A stretch of DNA of 64,000 nucleotides, taken from contig CP129472.1 in the NCBI GenBank assembly GCA_030583725.1, positions 270,958 to 334,957 of the forward strand, given 5' to 3'. The notes under the pieces are model-generated. The model did not search any database. It was given only the letters and a program-made list of their open reading frames with translations, and was not told where the DNA came from. The DNA comes from a bacterium (GTDB lineage: Bacteria; Patescibacteriota; Microgenomatia; UBA8517). Made by a program: the position numbers and the translations under genes. Shown piece by piece: positions 27,261 through 36,764 of this stretch. Within the stretch, counting starts at the first letter, position 1, and each line of letters starts with the position of its first letter.

Positions 27261-28838
27261 CTACTGCCCCTGTCCTTCTACTATATAAAAAGCATCACTG
27301 TTATCTGGATATTTTATTAACCTTTTAACATCAAACTGTGGGGCAAAACGTAATCCTGTGTAGTAACTTGGTGTTACAGCATACAATATCCCATTATTTG
27401 GATAACTTTCAATTATGTTCCAACCTCCAAATTGATATCTTCCAAACGATAAAACAGTATTAAAGCTTTTTGAACTTGATTGGTCATATTTTACCGTTTT
27501 TAACAATTCTGGAAGAGAAACTTTGTTGTAGTAAAGAAAGTAGATATATGGCTGTTGTCTAATATTATCTACATACATCTTGTAAAAGTCAGGGCTCTCC
27601 CTTGTGTATTCAACAATTTCTTTCATACCATATTGCCACTCTATCGCTTCTTTAGTAGGGTATACTTTTGTGTAGTAATTTAAATAATTAGTTACTTCTC
27701 TAAATAAAAAGGTTAATATAATTACTAACATAAATGCTTTTAACCATTTACTTTTAAACAGAGATAGCAATGCATCTGCACCGCATGCAGACAGGAGTAA
27801 CATAGGTATTATCATGAAAATTCCCCTAATAGAACTTGGGTCGGTTGAAGAAACTGCACTTGGGATTGGTGACAATAATAACCAAGTAAAAATAACGGCT
27901 AATGCTTGCCATTTTTTTCTGTAAAGTAAGGAAATAAAACCAATACCCAATAAAATCAAGTCAATTCTATAAAACTGACCAACCACTTTAACTGATGCCC
28001 TTGGACCTTGATCTCCATTCTCAAAAAGATATTTATGTGTAAAATGTTTTTTGTAATTTTCAAAAACTAAATTTAATTTACCACCAGCGTTTAATATCAG
28101 TTCTTCAGAAAATTTCGTCTGTCCCATACGAGCAAAACCTAAAATTCTTGTATCTTTAATAATTAGAATCCCAAATAACAATGTAATTAAAACTGAAACC
28201 ATCAACAAAGTCTTGTTTTTAAGTAGCTTCTTTAAATTTATTAAACAAACAAGAAAGACCACTACTGGAACAACAACTTTTGCAGAGTGATATGAAAAGA
28301 AACTTAAACCAAAAAACAAAAAGGATATGGGTATTAAATATTTTTTAGTTCTTAAACCAATATAAAAACTAGCAAGTCCCGTTATTAAAAAGAATAATGC
28401 AAAGTTGTTCTCCCAGAGCCCTCTTGAAAAATGTATGTGGTATGGCGAAACAGCCAAAAATAATGCAGCAAATAAGCCTGCTAAATTACTTCTTAACAAC
28501 TCGCGAGCGAACAAGAATATAGCAATAACAGACAAAGTTCCAATTAAAGCACTACTAGACCTAACACTGTAATCATTAAGTCCAAATATTTTTACAATAA
28601 CTGAAGTAATATAAATGTGGACTGGGTGTTTGTCATCATAAAAAGATGTAAAAACAGTTGGAAATTTATCTCCGTATTCATCCATTCCCCAATTTGCAAT
28701 TGTGTAAGCATTGTATCCTGCAGCAACTTCATCCCAGTTTAATGAAGCAGGTATTTGATCTAGCTTATAAAACCTCATAAACCCAGCCAGAATTACAATA
28801 ATCGCAAGTACAATATATGTTAATTTGTTTCTCCACAT
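27261..28838 (-). CDS. GT-C glycosyltransferase, ArnT/PMT (GT39/GT83)-like, tandem paralog 1 of 5
   Basis: 525 aa. N-terminal helix, then a loop IPASLNWDEVAAGYNAYTI with the WDE acidic motif typical of lipid-phosphate-sugar-dependent GT-C enzymes, about 11 helices, and a C-terminal soluble domain. Confidence 0.75.
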   Translation of the reverse strand: MWRNKLTYIVLAIIVILAGFMRFYKLDQIPASLNWDEVAAGYNAYTIANWGMDEYGDKFPTVFTSFYDDKHPVHIYITSVIVKIFGLNDYSVRSSSALIGTLSVIAIFLFARELLRSNLAGLFAALFLAVSPYHIHFSRGLWENNFALFFLITGLASFYIGLRTKKYLIPISFLFFGLSFFSYHSAKVVVPVVVFLVCLINLKKLLKNKTLLMVSVLITLLFGILIIKDTRILGFARMGQTKFSEELILNAGGKLNLVFENYKKHFTHKYLFENGDQGPRASVKVVGQFYRIDLILLGIGFISLLYRKKWQALAVIFTWLLLSPIPSAVSSTDPSSIRGIFMIIPMLLLSACGADALLSLFKSKWLKAFMLVIILTFLFREVTNYLNYYTKVYPTKEAIEWQYGMKEIVEYTRESPDFYKMYVDNIRQQPYIYFLYYNKVSLPELLKTVKYDQSSSKSFNTVLSFGRYQFGGWNIIESYPNNGILYAVTPSYYTGLRFAPQFDVKRLIKYPDNSDAFYIVEGQGQ

Positions 28839-30196
28839 ACTTTTGGAAAGGTGTAGCTACCAAATGATTTTACAGTTGAAAAACCCCAATCAGAAACAGG
28901 ATTTAACTCTCTTGTGTCTATAAAATAGTTGGGGTCAACCTTATTGTAATACAGTGCAAAAATATAGGGTTGTGCATACTGGTCACTAACACAACCTTCT
29001 TTTTGTCTTTCAAATATTTCTTTGTATTCATATTGCCATACATTTACTGACAAATCATTGTAAACAGTTCCAAATTTATACATATATCCTTCAAATGAGA
29101 GAGTATACAAAACAACTACAGCAATCAATATAATTTGTTTTTGTTTCTTAAAAATTTCAGACAAGTAATAAATTCCAAGAGCAGAGATAATAGATAACAT
29201 TGGGGACATTAATATTGATCTTAAAGCGTGAGGATTTTCTTTTGTAATTGATGCAGGAATTGGAGCAAGTAGTAATAATCCCAAAACTATAAACAACTTT
29301 GGATTTTTTGACTTTAAAATATATAAAACCCCCAAGGCCAAAAATATTGCATCTAAATAATATAGTTGTGATTCTCCAGGAATTTGACTCCTAGGGTTAC
29401 TATCACCATCTATAAATAAAAAGGTAGGAGAAAAGTTTTTTAAGTAGTTTGTAAAAATTGTAGACGAACCAACTGCTTGTAATCTTGATAGACCAGAATC
29501 GTGTTTGTAAAGTTTATATAATGGGAAAAAACTTGCAGACAAAACTAAAACAGACAAAATTAATACAGCAAATTGTTTTTTGTAAAGGTGGTATACAAAA
29601 CCAAGACCTAAAACTATTGGTGTTAGTATTCTAAAACTATTATAACTATAAAATGACCCGATAAATAACATTGTTGACAGAAAAAGATGCTTTTTTTCAG
29701 TAGCTGATTTCAATAAAAAGTAAGTTGCCCAAATAAATAAAGCCAAACCAGCAACCGCTTCATAACCTGTTCTTGAAAAAATAAAAAACCAGGGGGTTAT
29801 TGAAAACAAAAAAAAACTAAGTAGGGAAACACTTTTTTGTTTTGTTAGTTGTAATACCAAAAGATACAAACCAATTATGGAAAATAAACCAAAGATAACT
29901 GCAGGAAAACGAAGAGCAAAAGTATTCATCCCAAATACAAATTGAGAGGCAACAACTGAATAAATATAAACAGGTAACTTAAACTCTCCAAAAGCCCTGA
30001 AGTGAAGAGGTAAAAACTCACCCCATTCATCTTTACCTGTTGTTAGTATGGAATATGCATTATATCCAATTGAGGCCTCATCCCAATAGACAGATGCAGG
30101 TATTGAGTCAATCCTAAATAATCTAGTTCCTAAAAAAAGTAAGCAGATTACTATTAAAACAAAGTTAGTTTGTAACAATTTCAAAAGCTGTTTCAT
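28820..30196 (-). CDS. GT-C glycosyltransferase, ArnT/PMT-like, tandem paralog 2 of 5
   Basis: 458 aa. IPASVYWDEASIGYNAYSILTTGKDEWGEFLPLHFRAFGE is collinear with the neighbouring paralogs. Confidence 0.75.
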   Translation of the reverse strand: MKQLLKLLQTNFVLIVICLLFLGTRLFRIDSIPASVYWDEASIGYNAYSILTTGKDEWGEFLPLHFRAFGEFKLPVYIYSVVASQFVFGMNTFALRFPAVIFGLFSIIGLYLLVLQLTKQKSVSLLSFFLFSITPWFFIFSRTGYEAVAGLALFIWATYFLLKSATEKKHLFLSTMLFIGSFYSYNSFRILTPIVLGLGFVYHLYKKQFAVLILSVLVLSASFFPLYKLYKHDSGLSRLQAVGSSTIFTNYLKNFSPTFLFIDGDSNPRSQIPGESQLYYLDAIFLALGVLYILKSKNPKLFIVLGLLLLAPIPASITKENPHALRSILMSPMLSIISALGIYYLSEIFKKQKQIILIAVVVLYTLSFEGYMYKFGTVYNDLSVNVWQYEYKEIFERQKEGCVSDQYAQPYIFALYYNKVDPNYFIDTRELNPVSDWGFSTVKSFGSYTFPKVCGETN

Positions 30197-31817
30197 TGTT
30201 TAAGAAATTTATCCTTTCTAGTATTTTTACCTCACTTGGAAAATCTCCAACTTTACCTATAAATAGTATTTTTTTATCTGGATTATCTATTACAATATCT
30301 TCATACCTTGTCCCATCATCACCTAGATCTGGAAAATAGTATTTATCAAACCTTAATACTCTTACCCAATCAAACGTTTCAAACCTTTCCAAATTATTAA
30401 TTTCTTGAAATTTTTTTGGATCATAATTTAAATTAAATAAGGTAAAAATATGGGGCTCACCATATACTCTTGAGTAAACAACTAGGTCATAATCATCTTG
30501 ATTCTCTTTTATATACTCAACTACTTGTTTATTTCCATGCTGCCAGTCTCTTGAATAGTTAACAGAATAGTCAACATATAACTTTTTTAAATAAATTGAA
30601 AAGTTAATCAAAAACAAAACAACAGCAAGTAATAGTAATAACTTGACAAGTTTTTTGTTGTTATTTAGTTTTACAAAATAGTAAATACCAATTGCTGTAA
30701 AAACTTGATAAACAGGAACTGCAATTAAAGTTCTAAGCGCGTTTGGAATACTATCATTAGTCATTGATACGGGCACAAATGCCAGTAGTAACCATGGAAG
30801 TAAAACTTTCAAAGACCAGTCTTTACGTTTCAACAATAGATAAAGTCCATATAGTAAAAATGGGGCTTGAATCCAGTACAATTCTCCAACACCTTGCACA
30901 TGGTGTTGTCTGTGGCCTGCACCGTTAACGAATAAGAAGTCTGGAGTAAAGTGAGATAAATAATTAACAGAAAAGTAATATGTATTATATGTATATCTGT
31001 TGTGAATTAGTTTTGTAACTAGTGGCGGAAGCTTAGACAAATTCCTTCTTTCTTCAATCCTAGGAATTAGACCAGCATCATCAGTGATACTAACAAGTTT
31101 GTATCTGGCAGATGCCTCTCCAGACAACACAAATGGTATAAGTGGAATTAATAAAACTACAAAAGCTAGAGTACTAAGTACCATATACTTAAAATTCTTA
31201 AACAAAAACTTAATATTTAATAAATAATAAACAAGTAAGAAAAATGGAGTAAAAACACGCGCAGTATTATAAGTATAGACAGATATTGCAAAGGGTATCA
31301 TTGAGACAATAAACCAAATTGGCTTTTTGAAACCTTTAACCAAAAACCAAACCGCCATAACAAACCAAAACAGTGAAAATGATGATTCAAATGAACCTCT
31401 TGTTAACTGTATGTGCCAAGGAGAAACTGCAAGAAGAAAAGATGATATCAAAGCAATCTCACGTTTCTTGAATATTTCATAAACTAAAAAATATAACAAT
31501 AAAACTGTTAATGTTCCATAAACCACAGGTGTGATCCTAACACCAAGTTCATTTAATCCAAAAAAATAAATTCCAGGTATTGAAGCATATATTTGAGCAG
31601 GTAATTTATATTCTCCAAAAGATCTAAAATGCAAAGGCATAAACTCACCCCACTCATCCTTTCCAGTTTTTAGTATTGAATATGCATTGTAACCAATTGA
31701 GGTTTCATCCCAATTTAGAGAAGGTGGGACTGAAGTAACTTTGTATAATCTCAATCCAAAAGCAAGGATTAAAATAATAAAAAGCCAAAAGTTATTTTTT
31801 AACAAATTCTTGATCAT
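30165..31817 (-). CDS. GT-C glycosyltransferase, ArnT/PMT-like, tandem paralog 3 of 5
   Basis: 550 aa. VPPSLNWDETSIGYNAYSILKTGKDEWGEFMPLHFRSFGE. The C-terminal domain shares the block WQ.G.K..VEY......Y..VVYSRVYGEPHIF with paralogs 1 and 2. Confidence 0.75.
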   Translation of the reverse strand: MIKNLLKNNFWLFIILILAFGLRLYKVTSVPPSLNWDETSIGYNAYSILKTGKDEWGEFMPLHFRSFGEYKLPAQIYASIPGIYFFGLNELGVRITPVVYGTLTVLLLYFLVYEIFKKREIALISSFLLAVSPWHIQLTRGSFESSFSLFWFVMAVWFLVKGFKKPIWFIVSMIPFAISVYTYNTARVFTPFFLLVYYLLNIKFLFKNFKYMVLSTLAFVVLLIPLIPFVLSGEASARYKLVSITDDAGLIPRIEERRNLSKLPPLVTKLIHNRYTYNTYYFSVNYLSHFTPDFLFVNGAGHRQHHVQGVGELYWIQAPFLLYGLYLLLKRKDWSLKVLLPWLLLAFVPVSMTNDSIPNALRTLIAVPVYQVFTAIGIYYFVKLNNNKKLVKLLLLLAVVLFLINFSIYLKKLYVDYSVNYSRDWQHGNKQVVEYIKENQDDYDLVVYSRVYGEPHIFTLFNLNYDPKKFQEINNLERFETFDWVRVLRFDKYYFPDLGDDGTRYEDIVIDNPDKKILFIGKVGDFPSEVKILERINFLNNETAFEIVTN

Positions 31818-32958
31818 AATAATTTATTGTTGTTGGAAAAATGTTTTCCACTCTCTTAGCATACTCAAACCAATAGTCATTTACAAAAAACCAGTAACCA
31901 ATAAGGACTGTGGTCATTATAATTAAGCCAATGATTTTGTTCATAGATAAGTATCCTATTGTTGAGATAATCACATAGAACGGTACTAACGCAAGTAGCC
32001 TACTTGCTCTATATATATCTGGAACAAATCCAAATAGTAAGGGTAATAAAAAGAAAGAGCAAAGGATTAAAACTTCAAAAGGCTTCTTTCTCTTTAATAT
32101 ATCCCATACCCCTGCTAAAAATAGTGGTAGTGTAAAAATAAGAAACATTCCTGATTTCCCAGTTGAATGATAGGAACTTATATCTCCCTTTAAGAACATA
32201 AAACTTAAGTCAAACACGCTTAAGTATCGTAATGCAAATTCATAAAAAGAAGGGGCAGTAGAACTAAAACTTCCCACCACCGCACTAGGGTAGTAAAAGT
32301 TAGCAACATATAAAAGAATGAAAAATGGTAATACTCCTACCAAGAATAATACACATTGTTTAAAACTTTTTCTTAAGTATATTAAGGTTATTAGTGATAG
32401 AACAGGAACAATTATCCTCATACCTAGATAGGAAAATATACCAGCACCTAAAAATGCCCCAGCTAAAATAAAATGTATAGGTTTTTTTTGCTTTACAAGC
32501 ATCAATAGCCACAAAAATATAAATGGTAAAACCGCAATGTTTTCTAAAGCCAAATGTGACTGGATCATAATAATTGGAGTAGTTATTAGTATTATGAAAC
32601 CAACTAAGAAAAACTTTAAGTTGAAAACTTCTTTGGACAAAAAGTAAAAAATTATTATTGAGGCAACGACAAACAACACACTAGTCATTCTAAGTGCTGC
32701 AAAAGAAACACCAAACACTTTAAAAATTGCAGCTGTTGTGTAAACAGTTACAGGCTGTTTCCAATCAGATGTTTTTGCAAATATAAATAGCGGTAGAAAA
32801 TTATTATTCTCATCTGTCAAACTTTTAGACATCAGTGCTGCGTTATGGGCTATACCTACCTCATCTCCATTTATTCCAGGGGGGACTTCAGTAATTCTAA
32901 ATGAAAAAAGTAAAAAAGCTAAAAAACAAAAAAGAGTAACTATAAAAATATTTTTCAT
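31792..32958 (-). CDS. GT-C glycosyltransferase, ArnT/PMT-like, tandem paralog 4 of 5, short form lacking the C-terminal soluble domain
   Basis: 388 aa. VPPGINGDEVGIAHNAALM loop, with a GDE motif in place of WDE. The membrane core is retained but the sequence ends shortly after the last helices. Confidence 0.65.
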   Translation of the reverse strand: MKNIFIVTLFCFLAFLLFSFRITEVPPGINGDEVGIAHNAALMSKSLTDENNNFLPLFIFAKTSDWKQPVTVYTTAAIFKVFGVSFAALRMTSVLFVVASIIIFYFLSKEVFNLKFFLVGFIILITTPIIMIQSHLALENIAVLPFIFLWLLMLVKQKKPIHFILAGAFLGAGIFSYLGMRIIVPVLSLITLIYLRKSFKQCVLFLVGVLPFFILLYVANFYYPSAVVGSFSSTAPSFYEFALRYLSVFDLSFMFLKGDISSYHSTGKSGMFLIFTLPLFLAGVWDILKRKKPFEVLILCSFFLLPLLFGFVPDIYRASRLLALVPFYVIISTIGYLSMNKIIGLIIMTTVLIGYWFFVNDYWFEYAKRVENIFPTTINYYDQEFVKK

Positions 32959-34439
32959 TTGTCAGAAATTGTCACATTATCATATATTTTTGGGAGCTTG
33001 CCATATTGAGAAATCACATCTTTTGGATCGATTTTTGCATATACAGGGTATGCATACTCTATGTTGTCAATTTTTGTCGAGAGAGTAATATCAATATTCT
33101 TGTCAGTCTTTATTGTAGCCAGAGAAACCATCTTTGCTTCAGCAGACCAAAAACTGCCAAACTTATTTGGTGCAAAATAATAAATAGTTATTAAAACGTA
33201 AATTAATTGAACAACCATTAATAAAACTATTGTTACAATCCATTTTTTTGAAAGGTTAGATAAAGCGAAAGCTGAAACTAAGATAAAAGCTGGTAACATT
33301 AAGTTATTCCTGAGTCCATGTGTTTGCCCCATTAACATTGTAGCCAAGGGAACAATCAAAATCCAAGAAACAAGTAGAAGTAAACTTTTCTTATTCATAC
33401 TTGCCAGCTTGTAAAAACCAAATAAAATTAAAGGTAACTCAACTAAATACATCATACCCCATTCACCAGGATTGACTCGTGGGTTTCTGTCACCTCTTAA
33501 AAATAAAAATTCTGGGGATAAATTTTCTAGATAATTTTCAAAAAGAATTCTTGTATATGCAAGTGGCTTGTTATAAACAATAGGCTTAATCATCACTGGT
33601 AAAGTTGATAAGGTTCTTTGCTCATTGATCTTTTGTATGACAGACTCCTGTCTGTTTCTATCAGAAAAGATGTTCAAATCCAAAAAACGTACTTCTGAGG
33701 TACCTTTGAAGGTTTCATTCAATGAAAATACACTAAAAACAACCAACACTAATAAAGATAACTTAAACTTGTTATTTTTAAAAGTCTCCCTAAAACCAGA
33801 AAAACCTATTAATACTAAAAACAATAAAGGCAGTGTTAACTTAAAAGTAGGATATGTAAATATTGTTAACCCCCAAAGAAGGGCCATCCAAATGTATTTT
33901 TTATGCAAAAACATTAATATCCCAAAGGTTGCCAAAAACAAGGCAAAATGAGCTTCAAACCCAGCGCGTGATAAATAAATATCCCATAATGAGATTGAAG
34001 TTAAAAATGAAGCCCATAAACCAACCTTTTTACTAAACAACTTCTTACCTAAAAAGTACATTAGAATTATTATTCCAATTCCAGAAATTAAAGATAAGCT
34101 TCTTACCCCCCATTCAGATGGTCCAAACAACGCCACGAACGGTATACTACCGTAAACATAACCTGCAGGCCTACCTGCTCCCATTTTAAAGGTTAATGGA
34201 AGGCTTTCTCCAGTCTGGTCCATACCTGTTTTTAGAACGCTGTAAGCATCGTAAACCATAGTTAGTTCATCACCATACATAGGTAAGCTGTCAAGCTTAA
34301 AAACACGAAGTAGAGTCCCAAGAATAATGATTAAGAGTAGTATATAATTTAGATATGGAAGTTGTTTTAATGGGTTCAATTTTTGTGTTTTCTGCTGCCA
34401 CCCTAGTTTCATATCTTTTAATTGTACTAAATATTCCAT
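32955..34439 (-). CDS. GT-C glycosyltransferase, ArnT/PMT-like, tandem paralog 5 of 5
   Basis: 494 aa. LPMYGDELTMVYDAYSVLKTGMDQTGESLPLTFKMGAG is collinear with paralogs 1 to 3. The ORF-track start overlaps the divergent plus-strand gene, so the true start is probably an alternative codon further downstream. Confidence 0.7.
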   Translation of the reverse strand: MEYLVQLKDMKLGWQQKTQKLNPLKQLPYLNYILLLIIILGTLLRVFKLDSLPMYGDELTMVYDAYSVLKTGMDQTGESLPLTFKMGAGRPAGYVYGSIPFVALFGPSEWGVRSLSLISGIGIIILMYFLGKKLFSKKVGLWASFLTSISLWDIYLSRAGFEAHFALFLATFGILMFLHKKYIWMALLWGLTIFTYPTFKLTLPLLFLVLIGFSGFRETFKNNKFKLSLLVLVVFSVFSLNETFKGTSEVRFLDLNIFSDRNRQESVIQKINEQRTLSTLPVMIKPIVYNKPLAYTRILFENYLENLSPEFLFLRGDRNPRVNPGEWGMMYLVELPLILFGFYKLASMNKKSLLLLVSWILIVPLATMLMGQTHGLRNNLMLPAFILVSAFALSNLSKKWIVTIVLLMVVQLIYVLITIYYFAPNKFGSFWSAEAKMVSLATIKTDKNIDITLSTKIDNIEYAYPVYAKIDPKDVISQYGKLPKIYDNVTISDK

Positions 34440-36190
34440 ATTTAATCATTCCTATTTTACTCTTAACATTAATCTACTTCTACAAGCCACTAATTAAAGC
34501 TGTAAAAAACGTCAAAATCACCTTTAATTTAAAGTTTTTGATAGTTTTTGTAGTTTTTAGCATAGGCATTCTTGGCCAACTTGCAATTATTTCTCCAAGT
34601 GGCAACTATCAAGATGGAAACTTAGTCTTTTGGAGTGCACATGGACATGATGGACCATGGCACATTGCCCTAGTGGAGGAGATGAAAAAAGGTTACCCAT
34701 TTGAAAACCCAATTTTTGCAGGTGAAAAATTAACAAATTACCATTTCTTTTCAGATATTCTGCCAACTATGGTAAGCCTCTATACACCAATATCAAACAC
34801 GGATTCGTATTTTAGAGTTTTCCCTTTTTTCTACTCTTTATTTCTAGGTGCTTCTGTTTTCTACCTAACAAAAAAGTTAACAAAAAGTTTTAATGCAAGT
34901 ATTTGGGCAGTTATCTTTACATACTTTGCAGGTAGTTTTGGTTATTTAATAGGAAAGGGAGAAAGCGTATTTTGGGCAACACAAATACAAAGCTCAAGTG
35001 GTAACCCACCACAAATTATTTCTAATTTTTTGTTTCTTGCAGGTATCTATTATGTATTAGTTTTTCTTGACCAAAAAGAGAAAATGCAAAGATTAAAATA
35101 TTTTTTAATTTCCTTAGTAATTTTAGGAACCATATCATCTTTTAAAATCTATGCAGGTTTTGTATTACTACTAACCATTGCTTTGGTTGGCACCTGGAAC
35201 CTGATATTTAAAAAAGATTTTAGATTATTTTTACTTTCACTAACAAGTGGTATTGTTGCACTACTTTTATATCTTCCAAATTCTGCAAACTCTACTTCAT
35301 TTTTAATATATGAACCTTGGTGGTATATAAGAACATTGATCGTAGAACCATCAAGGTTAAATCTCCTAGACTGGGAATTAAGACGTCAAACATACATAGT
35401 TGAAAACAATTGGAAAAGAGTTATTTGGCTTGAGGGAATGGGTTTTTTAATATTTTTCTTTGGAAACCTAGGAATGAGAGCCATTGGTCTATGGGAATTC
35501 GTGAAATCAAACTCTATTTTTAAAATTGCAATTATCATCTCGATTACTATGCCTCTTTTATTTTTACAAAAAGGTGTAGCCAGTAATACTGCACAATTTT
35601 TACAATATTTTATATTACTTTTTGGGATAATGGCTGGAATTGCTGTATCAAAAATACTTAACACTAAACTAAAAACAATTACATTAGGAACTGTAATTAT
35701 TATTTTAATGATCCCAACACAACTTACATTATTAAAAGATTTCTACGTCGCGGATGGCCATATCAGACCTCCATTTACTAAAGTTAACTCGTCAGAACTG
35801 GAAGCTCTTGAATTTATTAAAAACAACACAGAAATAAATTCTGTAATAATTACACCACCATACAATCAGTACCTTGATCAGAAAAAGAATATACCTGAAA
35901 TATGGGACTGGTTTGACACTTCATATGTTTCTGCCTTTTCCGCAAGAAGAACTTATTTTGATGACTATGAACAAGTTGACATCATGGGCTATGACTACAG
36001 ACCAAGACTTAAAACAAAAGAGGTTGTCTTTAGTGAAAAAGACGAAACGAAAGTTAAAGAAGCCATACTTTCAACAAATGCAAACCTACTTTACTTTCCA
36101 AAAGATTTAAAACCCCAAGTTAAACTAGATAGAATTGGATTTACCCTATTTTATGAAAACACTACTGTAGAAGTTTGGAAAATAAATTAG
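34355..36190 (+). CDS. Polytopic membrane protein with a C-terminal soluble domain, member of a two-gene family defined by a GHDGxWHIAL...NP.F.GE.L.NYH motif (GT-C-like, unnamed)
   Basis: 611-aa ORF. Clear paralog of 48423..50090, with shared blocks GESVFWATQ/GESMFWSQQ, KIYAGFVLL/KAYAAILVL and GNLGMRAIGLWEF/GNMGLRVIGFWYF. Alignment with the paralog places the real start near a TTG at about 34538, which would leave a divergent intergenic region of about 100 bp. Confidence 0.6.
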   Translation: MEVVLMGSIFVFSAATLVSYLLIVLNIPYLIIPILLLTLIYFYKPLIKAVKNVKITFNLKFLIVFVVFSIGILGQLAIISPSGNYQDGNLVFWSAHGHDGPWHIALVEEMKKGYPFENPIFAGEKLTNYHFFSDILPTMVSLYTPISNTDSYFRVFPFFYSLFLGASVFYLTKKLTKSFNASIWAVIFTYFAGSFGYLIGKGESVFWATQIQSSSGNPPQIISNFLFLAGIYYVLVFLDQKEKMQRLKYFLISLVILGTISSFKIYAGFVLLLTIALVGTWNLIFKKDFRLFLLSLTSGIVALLLYLPNSANSTSFLIYEPWWYIRTLIVEPSRLNLLDWELRRQTYIVENNWKRVIWLEGMGFLIFFFGNLGMRAIGLWEFVKSNSIFKIAIIISITMPLLFLQKGVASNTAQFLQYFILLFGIMAGIAVSKILNTKLKTITLGTVIIILMIPTQLTLLKDFYVADGHIRPPFTKVNSSELEALEFIKNNTEINSVIITPPYNQYLDQKKNIPEIWDWFDTSYVSAFSARRTYFDDYEQVDIMGYDYRPRLKTKEVVFSEKDETKVKEAILSTNANLLYFPKDLKPQVKLDRIGFTLFYENTTVEVWKIN

Positions 36191-36764
36191 AATAAACTAG
36201 CTTCACTGTCTCTAGTCTACTGTCTGGTTTGTGAAATGTAACAATTGGAGCACCACCTATATGTAACTCTTCATCGTATATATACTCCAATATTTCATCT
36301 GTTTTCTCTGTTAAAAATATCTCAATTATTTCTTCATCCCCTGCACTTGGCGAAGAAAGAGTAAAGTAATATTTCTTACTTTCAGAGTCTGGTATTTTAT
36401 CAAAAACAATCTTTACAAAATCTCCATCCCCAATATTGAAACCGTTTAAAGTTACTGATCTTACTAATCTTGCGTTTTCCTGATATAGATCAAAAAAAAT
36501 ATCTTTCTTGTTGTGTAGGTTTGGATTTTTAATAGTTGTCCCAACAGCGGTTAAGTTTTTGTTTTTTGACACAAAGTATTGGGTGAAAATTCTTTCTCCA
36601 TAGACTGAAACTCTTCCCATGTCACCATACCCTGGCTGGTCATCTGCAGGTATCATCTGGATTAACATTGCCATCAAACCTGGAAATAGAAATAATAAAA
36701 ACAAGATTGTAGCAATTGTAAAAACTGAAAACTTACTTTGTAAAAACATACTTTTTTTATTCAT
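36162..36764 (-). CDS. Membrane-anchored, probably exported, small protein of unknown function
   Basis: 200 aa. N-terminal signal-anchor helix (FSVFTIATILFLLFLFPGLMAMLI), then a hydrophilic acidic domain. Co-oriented and overlapping with the downstream GT-C gene. Confidence 0.45.
   Translation of the reverse strand: MNKKSMFLQSKFSVFTIATILFLLFLFPGLMAMLIQMIPADDQPGYGDMGRVSVYGERIFTQYFVSKNKNLTAVGTTIKNPNLHNKKDIFFDLYQENARLVRSVTLNGFNIGDGDFVKIVFDKIPDSESKKYYFTLSSPSAGDEEIIEIFLTEKTDEILEYIYDEELHIGGAPIVTFHKPDSRLETVKLVYSNLFSKLLQ

Noticed and set aside
34355-34439. Genuine 85-nt head-to-head overlap of divergent genes 32955..34439 (minus) and 34355..36190 (plus)
   Set aside because: Overlapping divergent 5' ends are implausible. 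Paralog alignment indicates that the plus-strand gene starts about 180 nt later, and the minus-strand gene probably also uses a later or alternative start. This is treated as start-codon over-extension by the ORF caller, which also accepts TTG and GTG starts
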